A stretch of DNA of 64,000 nucleotides from positions 105,363 through 169,362 of the forward strand of contig CANIKO010000002.1 in NCBI GenBank assembly GCA_947468275.1, read 5' to 3'. Shown here in pieces: positions 39,282-47,873 of this stretch. The DNA is from Bacteroidota bacterium. GTDB lineage: Bacteria > Bacteroidota > Bacteroidia > NS11-12g > UBA9320. The notes beneath the pieces are model-generated. The model saw only the letters and a list, made by a program, of their open reading frames with translations. It was not told the DNA's origin and did not search any database. Position 1 is the first letter of the stretch, and each line of letters opens with the position of its first letter. Made by a program: the position numbers and the translations under genes.

Positions 39282-40258
39282 TGATACAAATCATAAGAAA
39301 CAGAGGCATAGGGGGCATCATTTTAGGATTAATTGTTATCATTATTTCGAAAATTTTCTTTGCCCCGGTTCCCGATTTTCCTCAAGTAACTTATACACCA
39401 CTATTTACCGCATTAAAATCAGCAACTTCATACATTCCTAACCTAGATTTGATTCTTGGTGTTGCGTTTTTAATTTTACAAGCCACCTTACTTACCTATA
39501 TTTTAAACTATCATAATGTAACCAACGAGCGATCTTTTTTTCCGTTTATACTCTATGTATTGTTAGCTTGTATTTATAATGAACAATTTTATTTAAACCC
39601 TGCCTCATTTCTTAATTTTTTCCTTCTAATTATTATAGAAAGACTGCTGCGACTTCAAGATGTTGGCAAAAACCCAGGATCATTATTTCTTGATATTGGA
39701 ACTCTGATAGGAGTTTCTCTATTATTTAGTAAAGAAGCGATATTTTATATTCCCTTTATAATAATTGGAATTATTATAATTTACACCTATAGCATGAATA
39801 ATATTTCAATTTTACTTCTTTCAACATTTATAGTAATATTTATCACAGCGTGCGTTTACTTTATTTTGGGGAAATTTCAAATTTTTGGTTCATTTTTCAG
39901 TTTCACCCCAATTTACATGGGAATAAACTTTAGCCATTGGCAAGATCGTTTTTTCATATTATTCATCTTAATTCTTGTAATTTCGGCAGTTTCCTATTTT
40001 CATTATCAATTTAGCAATAACAAAATCAGCAATAAATCACGACGTTTTGCTATTGTATTTGCCCTAATTTGGACCGCCGGCATATTAGTTATTCTTTTCC
40101 AGGAGCTCAATCTGTGGTGCAATACGGCGTTAAGTGTAATTCCCATAACGGTATTTGCCACTAACTTTTTCCAGGACAGAAAAGGAAGTGATTGGTTTAA
40201 AAACCTCGTATTTATAGTTATTATTTTAGGAGTGATAAGTATTCAACTCAATTACTAA
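39281..40258 (+). CDS. Polytopic hypothetical membrane protein
   Basis: 325 aa, ~8 TM; translationally coupled to the upstream gene. Confidence 0.4.
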   Translation: MIQIIRNRGIGGIILGLIVIIISKIFFAPVPDFPQVTYTPLFTALKSATSYIPNLDLILGVAFLILQATLLTYILNYHNVTNERSFFPFILYVLLACIYNEQFYLNPASFLNFFLLIIIERLLRLQDVGKNPGSLFLDIGTLIGVSLLFSKEAIFYIPFIIIGIIIIYTYSMNNISILLLSTFIVIFITACVYFILGKFQIFGSFFSFTPIYMGINFSHWQDRFFILFILILVISAVSYFHYQFSNNKISNKSRRFAIVFALIWTAGILVILFQELNLWCNTALSVIPITVFATNFFQDRKGSDWFKNLVFIVIILGVISIQLNY

Positions 40259-40375
40259 ATTCTTTTTCACCATTTAAAATTAAAATTTTTACATTAGTAA
40301 TTTATTTGATATTTGGATCTTGAAATTTGAAATTCTTGGCCTGTTTGTCTTTATTTTTGCCAAAAGTTTTTATTT

Positions 40376-40936
40376 ATGAGTTCAATTAAAGAAATCACTA
40401 GCTACACTCGCGAACATATGGAGAAATCCATCGAACATACCCGTATTGAATTTTCAAGATTGAGGGCAGGAAAGGCTATGCCATCTGTACTCGACGGTGT
40501 CATGGTGGAGTATTATGGCTCCCATGTTCCATTAAATCAAATAGCCAACGTAAATACCCCCGATGCCCGTACTATTGTGGTTCAGCCTTGGGAAAAACCA
40601 ATGATACCCATCATTGAAAAAGCTATCATGGCTGCCAATTTAGGTCTAAATCCACAAAATGACGGAGTTATAATAATGATTGCTGTTCCTCCACTTACAG
40701 AAGAAAGAAGATTAGGTTTGGTAAAACAAGTGAAACATGAAGCCGAATTATCAAAAATTGCTATTCGCAACATACGTAAGGATAGTATCGAAAAAATCAA
40801 GAAACTACAAAAAGATGGACTAAGCGAAGATTTGGTAAAAGATGGTGAGGCCGATATTCAAAAATTAGTGGACGGATTTATTAAAAAAGTGGATGAATTG
40901 GTAGTTGAAAAAGAAAAGGATATTATGACTGTATAA
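40376..40936 (+). CDS. frr: Ribosome recycling factor
   Basis: 186 aa; classic RRF sequence (…RAGKAMPSVLDGVMVEYYGSHVPLNQIANV…). Confidence 0.9.
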   Translation: MSSIKEITSYTREHMEKSIEHTRIEFSRLRAGKAMPSVLDGVMVEYYGSHVPLNQIANVNTPDARTIVVQPWEKPMIPIIEKAIMAANLGLNPQNDGVIIMIAVPPLTEERRLGLVKQVKHEAELSKIAIRNIRKDSIEKIKKLQKDGLSEDLVKDGEADIQKLVDGFIKKVDELVVEKEKDIMTV

Positions 40937-40944
40937 TTCGATGA

Positions 40945-41010
40945 TTTGGAAATTTGGAGATTTGGAAATTATTTTTTTGCTCTCATTTCCAAATCTCCAA
41001 ATTTCCAAAT
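40945..41010. repeat. Perfect 25-bp inverted repeat (hairpin with 16-nt loop) between frr and uvrC
   Basis: tttggaaatttggagatttggaaat ...loop tatttttttgctctc... atttccaaatctccaaatttccaaa; the arms themselves contain the tandem unit tttggaaat/ttggagat. Confidence 0.6.
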
Positions 41011-41020
41011 TTCTCAATAA

Positions 41021-42817
41021 TTGAAACCCGAATCCCTTAAAGAAATTATTACCAACTTGCCTGACAAACCAGGCATTTATAAATATTTTGACACCACTGA
41101 TACTCTACTTTATATTGGCAAAGCCAAAAATCTAAAAAAACGAGTTAGCAGTTACTTTACCAAACAACATTTTGAAAACCGCAAAACAGAAGTATTGGTT
41201 TCCAAAATTCATCGCATTGAATTTACAGTTGTAAAAACTGAAATAGATGCACTGTTACTTGAAAGTAGTCTTATTAAGGAATTCAGGCCAAGGTATAATA
41301 TTAGTCTTAAAGACGATAAATCGTTTCCTGTAATTAGGGTAACCAATGAACGGTTTCCAAAAATATACGCCATGCGAAACCCTATAAAGGATGGTTCTGA
41401 ATATTTTGGCCCATACTCCTCACCTTATGTGATGCGAATCGTTTTGGATTTGGTAAAACAACTTTACCCCATTCGAAACTGCAATTATGTGCTAAGCGAA
41501 AAAAACATTGAAGCCAATAAATTTAAAGTGTGTTTGGAATACCAAATTGGCAATTGTCGCGGGGCTTGCGAAGGTTTGGAAACCGAAAATGAATATCTGG
41601 AATCCATACGAAGTATTAAAAATGTGCTTCGCGGAAATCTAACCGAAGTAAAAAATCATTTAAAAGAGCAGATGCTCAAGGCCTCTAACGAAATGCGATT
41701 TGAGCAAGCCGCATTATTCAAAAACAAGCTCGAACGACTTAATAATTACCAAGGTAAATCGACTGTCGTTAGCATTACGATTACCAACGTAGATGTTTTC
41801 AATATCAGTACCTCTCAGCAATTTGCATTCGTAAATTACCTGAAAATTGTGAATGGGATGATTATCCAAACTCAAACCATTGAATACCGTAAAGTACTGG
41901 ATGAAACTGATGCCGAAATTTTGGAATTGGCTATTATTGAAATGCGCGAAAGACATGGCAGTAATGCCAAAGAAATCATTATCCCGATTCCGGTAGATAT
42001 TACTGATGATACTTTAAAATTTACCATTCCTAAAGCGGGAGATAAACTGAGACTTTTGGAAATAAGTATGGCAAATTTGATCCACTTCAAAAAAGAAAAG
42101 TTGGAACAGTATGACAAACTAGACCCCGAACTGAAAGTAAACCGTCTGATGACTCAAATGCAGGAGGATTTAAAACTAAAGGTTCAACCTAAATACATTG
42201 AATGTTTTGACAATTCTAATATCCAGGGAAATTACCCGGTGTCGGCCTGTGTGGTTTTTAGGGATGGAAAACCTTCAAAAAAAGATTACCGTATTTTTAA
42301 CGTAAAAACGGTGATTGGTCCTGATGATTTTGCCACCATGCACGAGGTAATAACTCGCCGTTACAAGCGCCTTGTGGAAGAAAATGAGCCCCTGCCCGAT
42401 TTAGTTATTATTGACGGAGGCAAAGGACAACTGAGCCATGCAGTGCAGGCCATGAAAGAAGTGGGTGTGTATGGCCAATTTGCATTAATAGGCATCGCAA
42501 AACGCTTAGAAGAATTGTATTACCCCGAAGACCCATTGCCACTGTATATCGATAAAAAATCGGAAACTTTAAAAATAATACAACAACTGCGCGATGAAGC
42601 CCATCGTTTTGGAATTACCCAACACCGCAACCGCCGCAGCAAAGGCAGCTTGGGGACTGAACTTACTCAAATAAAAGGAATAGGTGAAGAAACCGCTCGA
42701 CTTTTATTATCGCATTTTAAAAGCATAAAAAATTTAAAATCTCAATCGTTTGAAGCAATTGAAAAAGTGGTAGGAAAAGTGAGAGCCAAAATTTTGATGG
42801 AGTATTTAAAGGACTAA
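41021..42817 (+). CDS. uvrC: Excinuclease ABC subunit C UvrC (TTG start)
   Basis: GIY-YIG N-terminus (PGIYKYFD...LYIGKAKNLKKRVSSYF), UvrBC-interaction region, C-terminal RNase H-like and HhH domains. Confidence 0.9.
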   Translation: MKPESLKEIITNLPDKPGIYKYFDTTDTLLYIGKAKNLKKRVSSYFTKQHFENRKTEVLVSKIHRIEFTVVKTEIDALLLESSLIKEFRPRYNISLKDDKSFPVIRVTNERFPKIYAMRNPIKDGSEYFGPYSSPYVMRIVLDLVKQLYPIRNCNYVLSEKNIEANKFKVCLEYQIGNCRGACEGLETENEYLESIRSIKNVLRGNLTEVKNHLKEQMLKASNEMRFEQAALFKNKLERLNNYQGKSTVVSITITNVDVFNISTSQQFAFVNYLKIVNGMIIQTQTIEYRKVLDETDAEILELAIIEMRERHGSNAKEIIIPIPVDITDDTLKFTIPKAGDKLRLLEISMANLIHFKKEKLEQYDKLDPELKVNRLMTQMQEDLKLKVQPKYIECFDNSNIQGNYPVSACVVFRDGKPSKKDYRIFNVKTVIGPDDFATMHEVITRRYKRLVEENEPLPDLVIIDGGKGQLSHAVQAMKEVGVYGQFALIGIAKRLEELYYPEDPLPLYIDKKSETLKIIQQLRDEAHRFGITQHRNRRSKGSLGTELTQIKGIGEETARLLLSHFKSIKNLKSQSFEAIEKVVGKVRAKILMEYLKD

Positions 42818-43297
42818 ATTGAATTTCCCTCATCATCTAAATTATTACTTTTTTAAATATTTTTATTACCAACTCTGATTTACTTTCCTCTTAGGGTGGT
42901 AATTAAATGAAATTAATTGGTGCGTTTAGGGAAATAGGAGGGCCAATGCCAATTATTGTAGTTGCTGAAATTGTTGGGGGAATACTTATCATTCATAATT
43001 TAATTGCGCCATAAGGACTGCTCCTACCAATTGTAATGGTAAGAATAGAACTTTGGGTAATTATTGAGAACTGCGAAAACTAATTACCGATGATTAAATT
43101 GAGCTAAAAATGGTTACTTCTTATAAAAAAAATCTCCCGACAGTTTTTCATAAAACCACTTTTTCTCGCTGGCAGATTCACAGATGGGCAGTTTACAATT
43201 AAGCAATTAAGCACCTTGAGTTATTTTAGAGGATAATCAGTTGTGATTTTAATCATTGGAGTAATCCTAATACGCCACTGCGCAAATCTGCACCCCT

Positions 43298-44626
43298 TTA
43301 AAACGTATGGGCAAAATTAAAGAAGAACTGATGGTCTTCTTTTGAGATGGCATAATCAAAACGCATCACTGTGTTCACATTCCAGACAATTCTAAATCCC
43401 AAACCTTCGGAAATTCGGTAATTATTGAAGTTTAGGTTTCGCGGCATTTTATCCCAAATTCCTCCAGCATCGAAAAACGGAACGGCACCAAACGCTAAAT
43501 GTTGATTTAATATATTGGTTTGTGCAAATCGGTAGCGCAATTCTAAATTATTAAACGTCATAACACGGCTCATAAACCGCGATTGCTTATACCCCCGCAA
43601 GGTGTGAGCCCCGCCGAGTCCCTCAATACTGCCTTCCGAACTCCATTGGTCTTGATATTCAAAAAATGGGGCATTGCCTGCGGTATATCCCCCCGCTGTT
43701 CTAAATGCTAATACTAATTTTTTGGAGTATTTGGGAAATAGATTTTGGTAAATATTAAAGTGGGCAAACGTTTTATTACAGTTATAGGCCGAGCCAAGTT
43801 TTTTAAGAGAAAGTTCATTGGTTAGCTCTGCAAAAACCCCTTGACCGGGGTCAGTTTCCAAATCGCGGGTATCGTATATCAAACCTAGCTGAAGAAAACT
43901 CACTAAACCTTTCCCCACTCCTAATATTTTCTTTTGAGAAAAATCATTGACTAATAATGAATTTCCAGCAAAAGTTTTGATATTAACCTGAGCCATTTCA
44001 AATCCAACCAAGGCTCTAACTTTTCCTTCCATAAACGACCGTTCGCCACTTACATTTAAAATATATTCCTGTTTTATATAGGTATTAAAAAAAATGTTGG
44101 CTCCTTTAAGAGAGTTTTCGTAGTCTGAATATTTAGCATTATTTACTAAGGCTTTTGAACTGTCGCCATTGGGATAGTAGCTCAATCCTCCTAAGGTTTT
44201 TTCGGTATTTCCAAAATACAATAAATTGGGATTACTTTCATAACCCGCTTCCACTCTTAGGCGCCACTTTGTATTTAAAATATATGGCACGTCCAACCTT
44301 AGCATCATTTCACGCTGGCTTCGAGTGGTATTAAATAATGTAAGATCTATTTTGGCCCTATAGGCGGAATAAGCAAAAAACGGGTCGCTGCGTTTGCCGT
44401 TAAAATACACCGACCCTTCAGCCCCATAACCAAAACCATTTACCGGATCAGAACTTAAGTCGGGGATACCTGTAAAATAAGCGCCTTCCTTTTTATTTTT
44501 CAAATCGTCCTCCGACATTTTTTTTTCATTGGCAATGGCAAATGGCAGTTTAGTAGAATCCCCTATTTGAGCATTAGCCGAAACAAAAGTTATTAATACA
44601 GTCAATAAAAGTAAAGAAAATTTCAT
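43298..44626 (-). CDS. Omp85-family (surface antigen D15-type) outer-membrane beta-barrel protein without POTRA repeats
   Basis: Start at MKFSLLLLTVLITFVSANAQ; GGAHTLRGY, VPFFDAGGIW, GLGFRIVWNVNTVMRFDYAI, C-terminal ...NFAHTF. Confidence 0.55.
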   Translation of the reverse strand: MKFSLLLLTVLITFVSANAQIGDSTKLPFAIANEKKMSEDDLKNKKEGAYFTGIPDLSSDPVNGFGYGAEGSVYFNGKRSDPFFAYSAYRAKIDLTLFNTTRSQREMMLRLDVPYILNTKWRLRVEAGYESNPNLLYFGNTEKTLGGLSYYPNGDSSKALVNNAKYSDYENSLKGANIFFNTYIKQEYILNVSGERSFMEGKVRALVGFEMAQVNIKTFAGNSLLVNDFSQKKILGVGKGLVSFLQLGLIYDTRDLETDPGQGVFAELTNELSLKKLGSAYNCNKTFAHFNIYQNLFPKYSKKLVLAFRTAGGYTAGNAPFFEYQDQWSSEGSIEGLGGAHTLRGYKQSRFMSRVMTFNNLELRYRFAQTNILNQHLAFGAVPFFDAGGIWDKMPRNLNFNNYRISEGLGFRIVWNVNTVMRFDYAISKEDHQFFFNFAHTF

Positions 44627-44778
44627 TTGGGCCAGTGGTGCAGAATTTAAAAAACTATTCAAATTATTAGATTTGCAAAAGTAAGCATAAGCCAACGTCC
44701 TCAATTCATGGAATATTTATTTAATATTGAATTCTAATTTCTGTAATATTGAAACTCAAACAAATTTTAAACCCAATT

Positions 44779-44784
44779 GTTAAC
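44779..44784 (+). promoter_or_regulatory. GTTAAC element 38 nt upstream of the ECF sigma-1 start (candidate -35 of an autoregulated ECF promoter)
   Basis: GTTAAC, then ~5 nt, then TTATT appears 38 and 39 nt upstream of the two paralogous sigma genes. Confidence 0.3.
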
Positions 44785-44816
44785 AACATTATTATCTAAA
44801 CTATAAATACCCGGGT

Positions 44817-45341
44817 TTGAATTTTGAAACACTTTATCACGAGCACAAAAAGCTTGTTTATAACCTAGCCTTGCAGTATGTGCAAAACAGTGAAGATGCT
44901 GAAGAAATAACGCAGGATGTATTTGTGGCAATTCATAAGTCTTTGGATTCCTTCAAGGAACAATCCAAACTTAGTACCTGGATTCACAGAATAACCATCA
45001 ATAAATCACTGGATTTTATAAAAAGCAAACAACGCAAAAAAAGGTATGGTAACTTCATTTCTATATTTACCGAAAACACCAATGAGATAAAATATGAGAA
45101 GCCAGAATTTAATCATCCGGGGGTACAACTTGAGAATAAGGAGGCATTGAAACAACTTTTTAAACGCATCAACGAATTATCCGACAATCAAAAAACCGCG
45201 CTTATTTTAAGTAAAATAGAATACAAACCTCAGGCAGAAATTGCGGAAATAATGAACCTGAGCATAAAGGCAGTCGAATCCTTAATTCAAAGAGCCAAAA
45301 CAAGTTTACAGAAAAAAATAAACATCAACGAAGGAAATTGA
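44817..45341 (+). CDS. ECF-type RNA polymerase sigma-70 factor (module 1)
   Basis: Region 2 (...DAEEITQDVFVAIHKSLDSF...KLSTWIHRITINKSLDFIK) and region 4 HTH (LSDNQKTALILSKIEYKPQAEIAEIMNLSIKAVESL). Confidence 0.8.
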   Translation: MNFETLYHEHKKLVYNLALQYVQNSEDAEEITQDVFVAIHKSLDSFKEQSKLSTWIHRITINKSLDFIKSKQRKKRYGNFISIFTENTNEIKYEKPEFNHPGVQLENKEALKQLFKRINELSDNQKTALILSKIEYKPQAEIAEIMNLSIKAVESLIQRAKTSLQKKININEGN

Positions 45342-45373
45342 AAAAATTAGCGTCAAACTAAGAATAACAAACA

Positions 45374-45649
45374 ATGAACAGCAATAACAAAAAATTATCA
45401 TTGGACCTGTTAGGGCAAATACACAAAGTAGATGCACCGCCATTTTTATTTACCCGCATTAAACAAAGGATTGAGAATACTTGCACCTCAAGGTTTTCAT
45501 TAAAGTTAACCTGGTCAATTGGTCTTTCATTTATTTTAGTTTTGGCATTAAATTTTATGGTGATAAACAAACGTATACATCAAATTAGAAGTGATAATAC
45601 TTTGGTTAATACATTCAATTTAATGCCTGATAATTCATTATATAAATGA
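45374..45649 (+). CDS. Small single-pass membrane protein (candidate anti-sigma factor)
   Basis: 91 aa, one TM (WSIGLSFILVLALNFMVI); position directly after the ECF sigma gene. Confidence 0.35.
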   Translation: MNSNNKKLSLDLLGQIHKVDAPPFLFTRIKQRIENTCTSRFSLKLTWSIGLSFILVLALNFMVINKRIHQIRSDNTLVNTFNLMPDNSLYK

Positions 45650-46104
45650 GCAAAGTAAAAATTTTAAGCCTTCTATCTATTGGATTACTCCTTTCCAATT
45701 TACTCTTAATCGGTTTTATTGTTTTACAAAAACCAATGTATGGAGGTCCTAATGGACCAAGAAGTCTAATTCTGGAAAGGCTGAAGTTTGATAAAGGTCA
45801 GATTGAAAAATATGACGTATTAATAGACGGTCATAGAAAGGAAATACAACACACTGAATTGGAAATCAAAGGTTTAAAAAATACACTTTATGAAAGCCTT
45901 GCCCGGGACTCAAATAATCTTTATAAAGACTCCATCATTAATGCCATTGGACAATGTCAGATAAAAATAGAGTCCATTCATTACAAACATTTCCAGGATG
46001 TTAAGAAACTTTGCAATGAAAATCAGCTACCTGCATTCAACGCACTGACAGAGGAGTTGGCCTCTTTGTTTTCAAGACGGCCTCGAACTATAAACCCAAG
46101 ATGA
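45646..46104 (+). CDS. Membrane-anchored periplasmic helical protein (Spy/CpxP-like?)
   Basis: N-terminal TM then helical region (LERLKFDKGQIEKYDVLIDGHRKEI...); parallels the LTXXQ protein of module 2. Confidence 0.3.
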   Translation: MSKVKILSLLSIGLLLSNLLLIGFIVLQKPMYGGPNGPRSLILERLKFDKGQIEKYDVLIDGHRKEIQHTELEIKGLKNTLYESLARDSNNLYKDSIINAIGQCQIKIESIHYKHFQDVKKLCNENQLPAFNALTEELASLFSRRPRTINPR

Positions 46105-46799
46105 AGAAGCGCTTAGCCTTCTTTCCAATAGTTTTATCATTTTACAGTAATCAACTTCTTGCTCAAAACTTCCGAATACTATCCTTGAATTTTAAACCGA
46201 TGTTCGGCAATTCCGTTCTGCAATTGAATGACTCCGTTTATAAACTGAATAAGAACGACAGCATTCAATTTGAAACCTTGAAATTTTATGTTTCCGCAAT
46301 AGAGTTTTGGAATAATTCAGCACCGGTTTGGATAGAACCAAACAGCTTTCATTTAATGGATGCATCGGACAGCAACACCTTAAAATTGGCCTTTAAAGTT
46401 CCTTCCGATATGATATACGCTGAGATAAAATTTAAACTCGGTATCGACAGTTTAACCAATGTTTCAGGTGCCATAGGGGGCGATTTAGACCCCACAAAAG
46501 GCATGTATTGGACATGGCAAAGTGGGTACGTAAATTTTAAACTGGAAGGGAAAAGCAATCTTTGTCGATCGAGAAAACATGAGTTTCAATTTCATTTGGG
46601 AGGTTATACTCATCCTTACAACGCATTACAAACCATCTCGCTGTTGACTTCCAACCTCCAAGATGTGAGCATTAAATTTGACCTAAAAACGTTTTTAAGC
46701 GATGTGGACTTAGAGAATAAGCCTTCTGTTATGTCACCCAATAAGGATGCATTAATATTATCTAATCAGCTGGGTAAACTCTTTAAAATTAAAGAATGA
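46101..46799 (+). CDS. Periplasmic MbnP-like protein (partner of a di-haem peroxidase)
   Basis: 232 aa, signal peptide; Trp-rich segment GMYWTWQSGYVNFKLEG; 4-nt overlap with the downstream di-haem peroxidase (MbnP/MbnH-type arrangement). Confidence 0.4.
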   Translation: MKKRLAFFPIVLSFYSNQLLAQNFRILSLNFKPMFGNSVLQLNDSVYKLNKNDSIQFETLKFYVSAIEFWNNSAPVWIEPNSFHLMDASDSNTLKLAFKVPSDMIYAEIKFKLGIDSLTNVSGAIGGDLDPTKGMYWTWQSGYVNFKLEGKSNLCRSRKHEFQFHLGGYTHPYNALQTISLLTSNLQDVSIKFDLKTFLSDVDLENKPSVMSPNKDALILSNQLGKLFKIKE

Positions 46800-47833
46800 A
46801 TTGGAGGAGGAATGTTTCGGTTTGCTTATTATTTATATGCGTCTCAGCATTTGTTGCCAGCAAAGATGGACTTTTTAATATTCCTCTAAATTGGCCGAAG
46901 CCGAACTACAATTTTTCAAAAAACCCTTTAACAAAAGACAAAATAGATTTAGGAAGAGCCCTGTTTTATGACCCGATTTTATCCCAAAACAATACCATTT
47001 CTTGTTCAAGTTGCCATTCCCAATTTACCTCATTTGCTCATGTCGATCATGCTTTAAGCCATGGAATTTATGACCGAATTGGAACACGAAATGCACCGGT
47101 GCTGATTAATTTGGCATGGAACAAAACCTTTATGTGGGATGGCGCCATAAACCATTTGGATATGCAAGCACTCGCGCCGATAAGCCATCCCGATGAGATG
47201 GGCGAAAGCATTGAACACGTAATTTATAAACTCAATCAATCTAAAATATATCATCATCTTTTTTTTAAAGCATTTGGCGACAGCATTGCATCAGGTGAAC
47301 ACCTGTTAAAAGCAATTTCTCAATTTATGCTAACTCTGGTGAGTGCCAATTCAAAATACGACAGTATTAAACAAAAGAAATCTGTCCTTACTTTGAAAGA
47401 AAATAATGGTTACCAGTTATTTAAAAAAAACTGTTCGTCCTGCCATACTGAACCTTTGTTTACCAATCAGAAATTTGAAAATAACGGGTTGCCTGTTGAT
47501 TTGGAATTAAAAGATTTTGGAAGAATGAAAGTTACCCAAAACCCAATTGACTCTTTAAAATTCAAGGTACCTACCCTTCGCAATATTGAATTCTCATATC
47601 CCTACATGCACGACGGCCGATTTAAAAATTTAAATGCGGTATTGGATCATTACGTCAGGGGCATTGTAAAAAGTAAAACTTTGGCTTTGCAATTGGAACA
47701 ACCCATTGTATTATCGGCCAATGAAAAGGTAGATTTGATAAGCTTTTTGCTCACCTTAAGTGATAAAAAGTTCTTATTTAATCCCGAATTCGGCTATCCA
47801 AAAAATCTTCTTATATCTTTACCGAAGGATTGA
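46796..47833 (+). CDS. Di-haem cytochrome c peroxidase (MauG/MbnH-like)
   Basis: Two CxxCH haem motifs (CSSCHSQF, CSSCHTEP) with CCP-family spacing; 345 aa. Confidence 0.8.
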   Translation: MNWRRNVSVCLLFICVSAFVASKDGLFNIPLNWPKPNYNFSKNPLTKDKIDLGRALFYDPILSQNNTISCSSCHSQFTSFAHVDHALSHGIYDRIGTRNAPVLINLAWNKTFMWDGAINHLDMQALAPISHPDEMGESIEHVIYKLNQSKIYHHLFFKAFGDSIASGEHLLKAISQFMLTLVSANSKYDSIKQKKSVLTLKENNGYQLFKKNCSSCHTEPLFTNQKFENNGLPVDLELKDFGRMKVTQNPIDSLKFKVPTLRNIEFSYPYMHDGRFKNLNAVLDHYVRGIVKSKTLALQLEQPIVLSANEKVDLISFLLTLSDKKFLFNPEFGYPKNLLISLPKD

Positions 47834-47873
47834 AATTTTAAAATCGTCAAACCATAAGATCAAAAAAAAATAT

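Noticed and set aside
41021-41023. Possibility that uvrC starts at an upstream ATG
   Set aside because: An in-frame TAA at 41018..41020 precedes the TTG, there is no in-frame ATG for more than 100 codons, and the N-terminus matches the UvrC GIY-YIG start.
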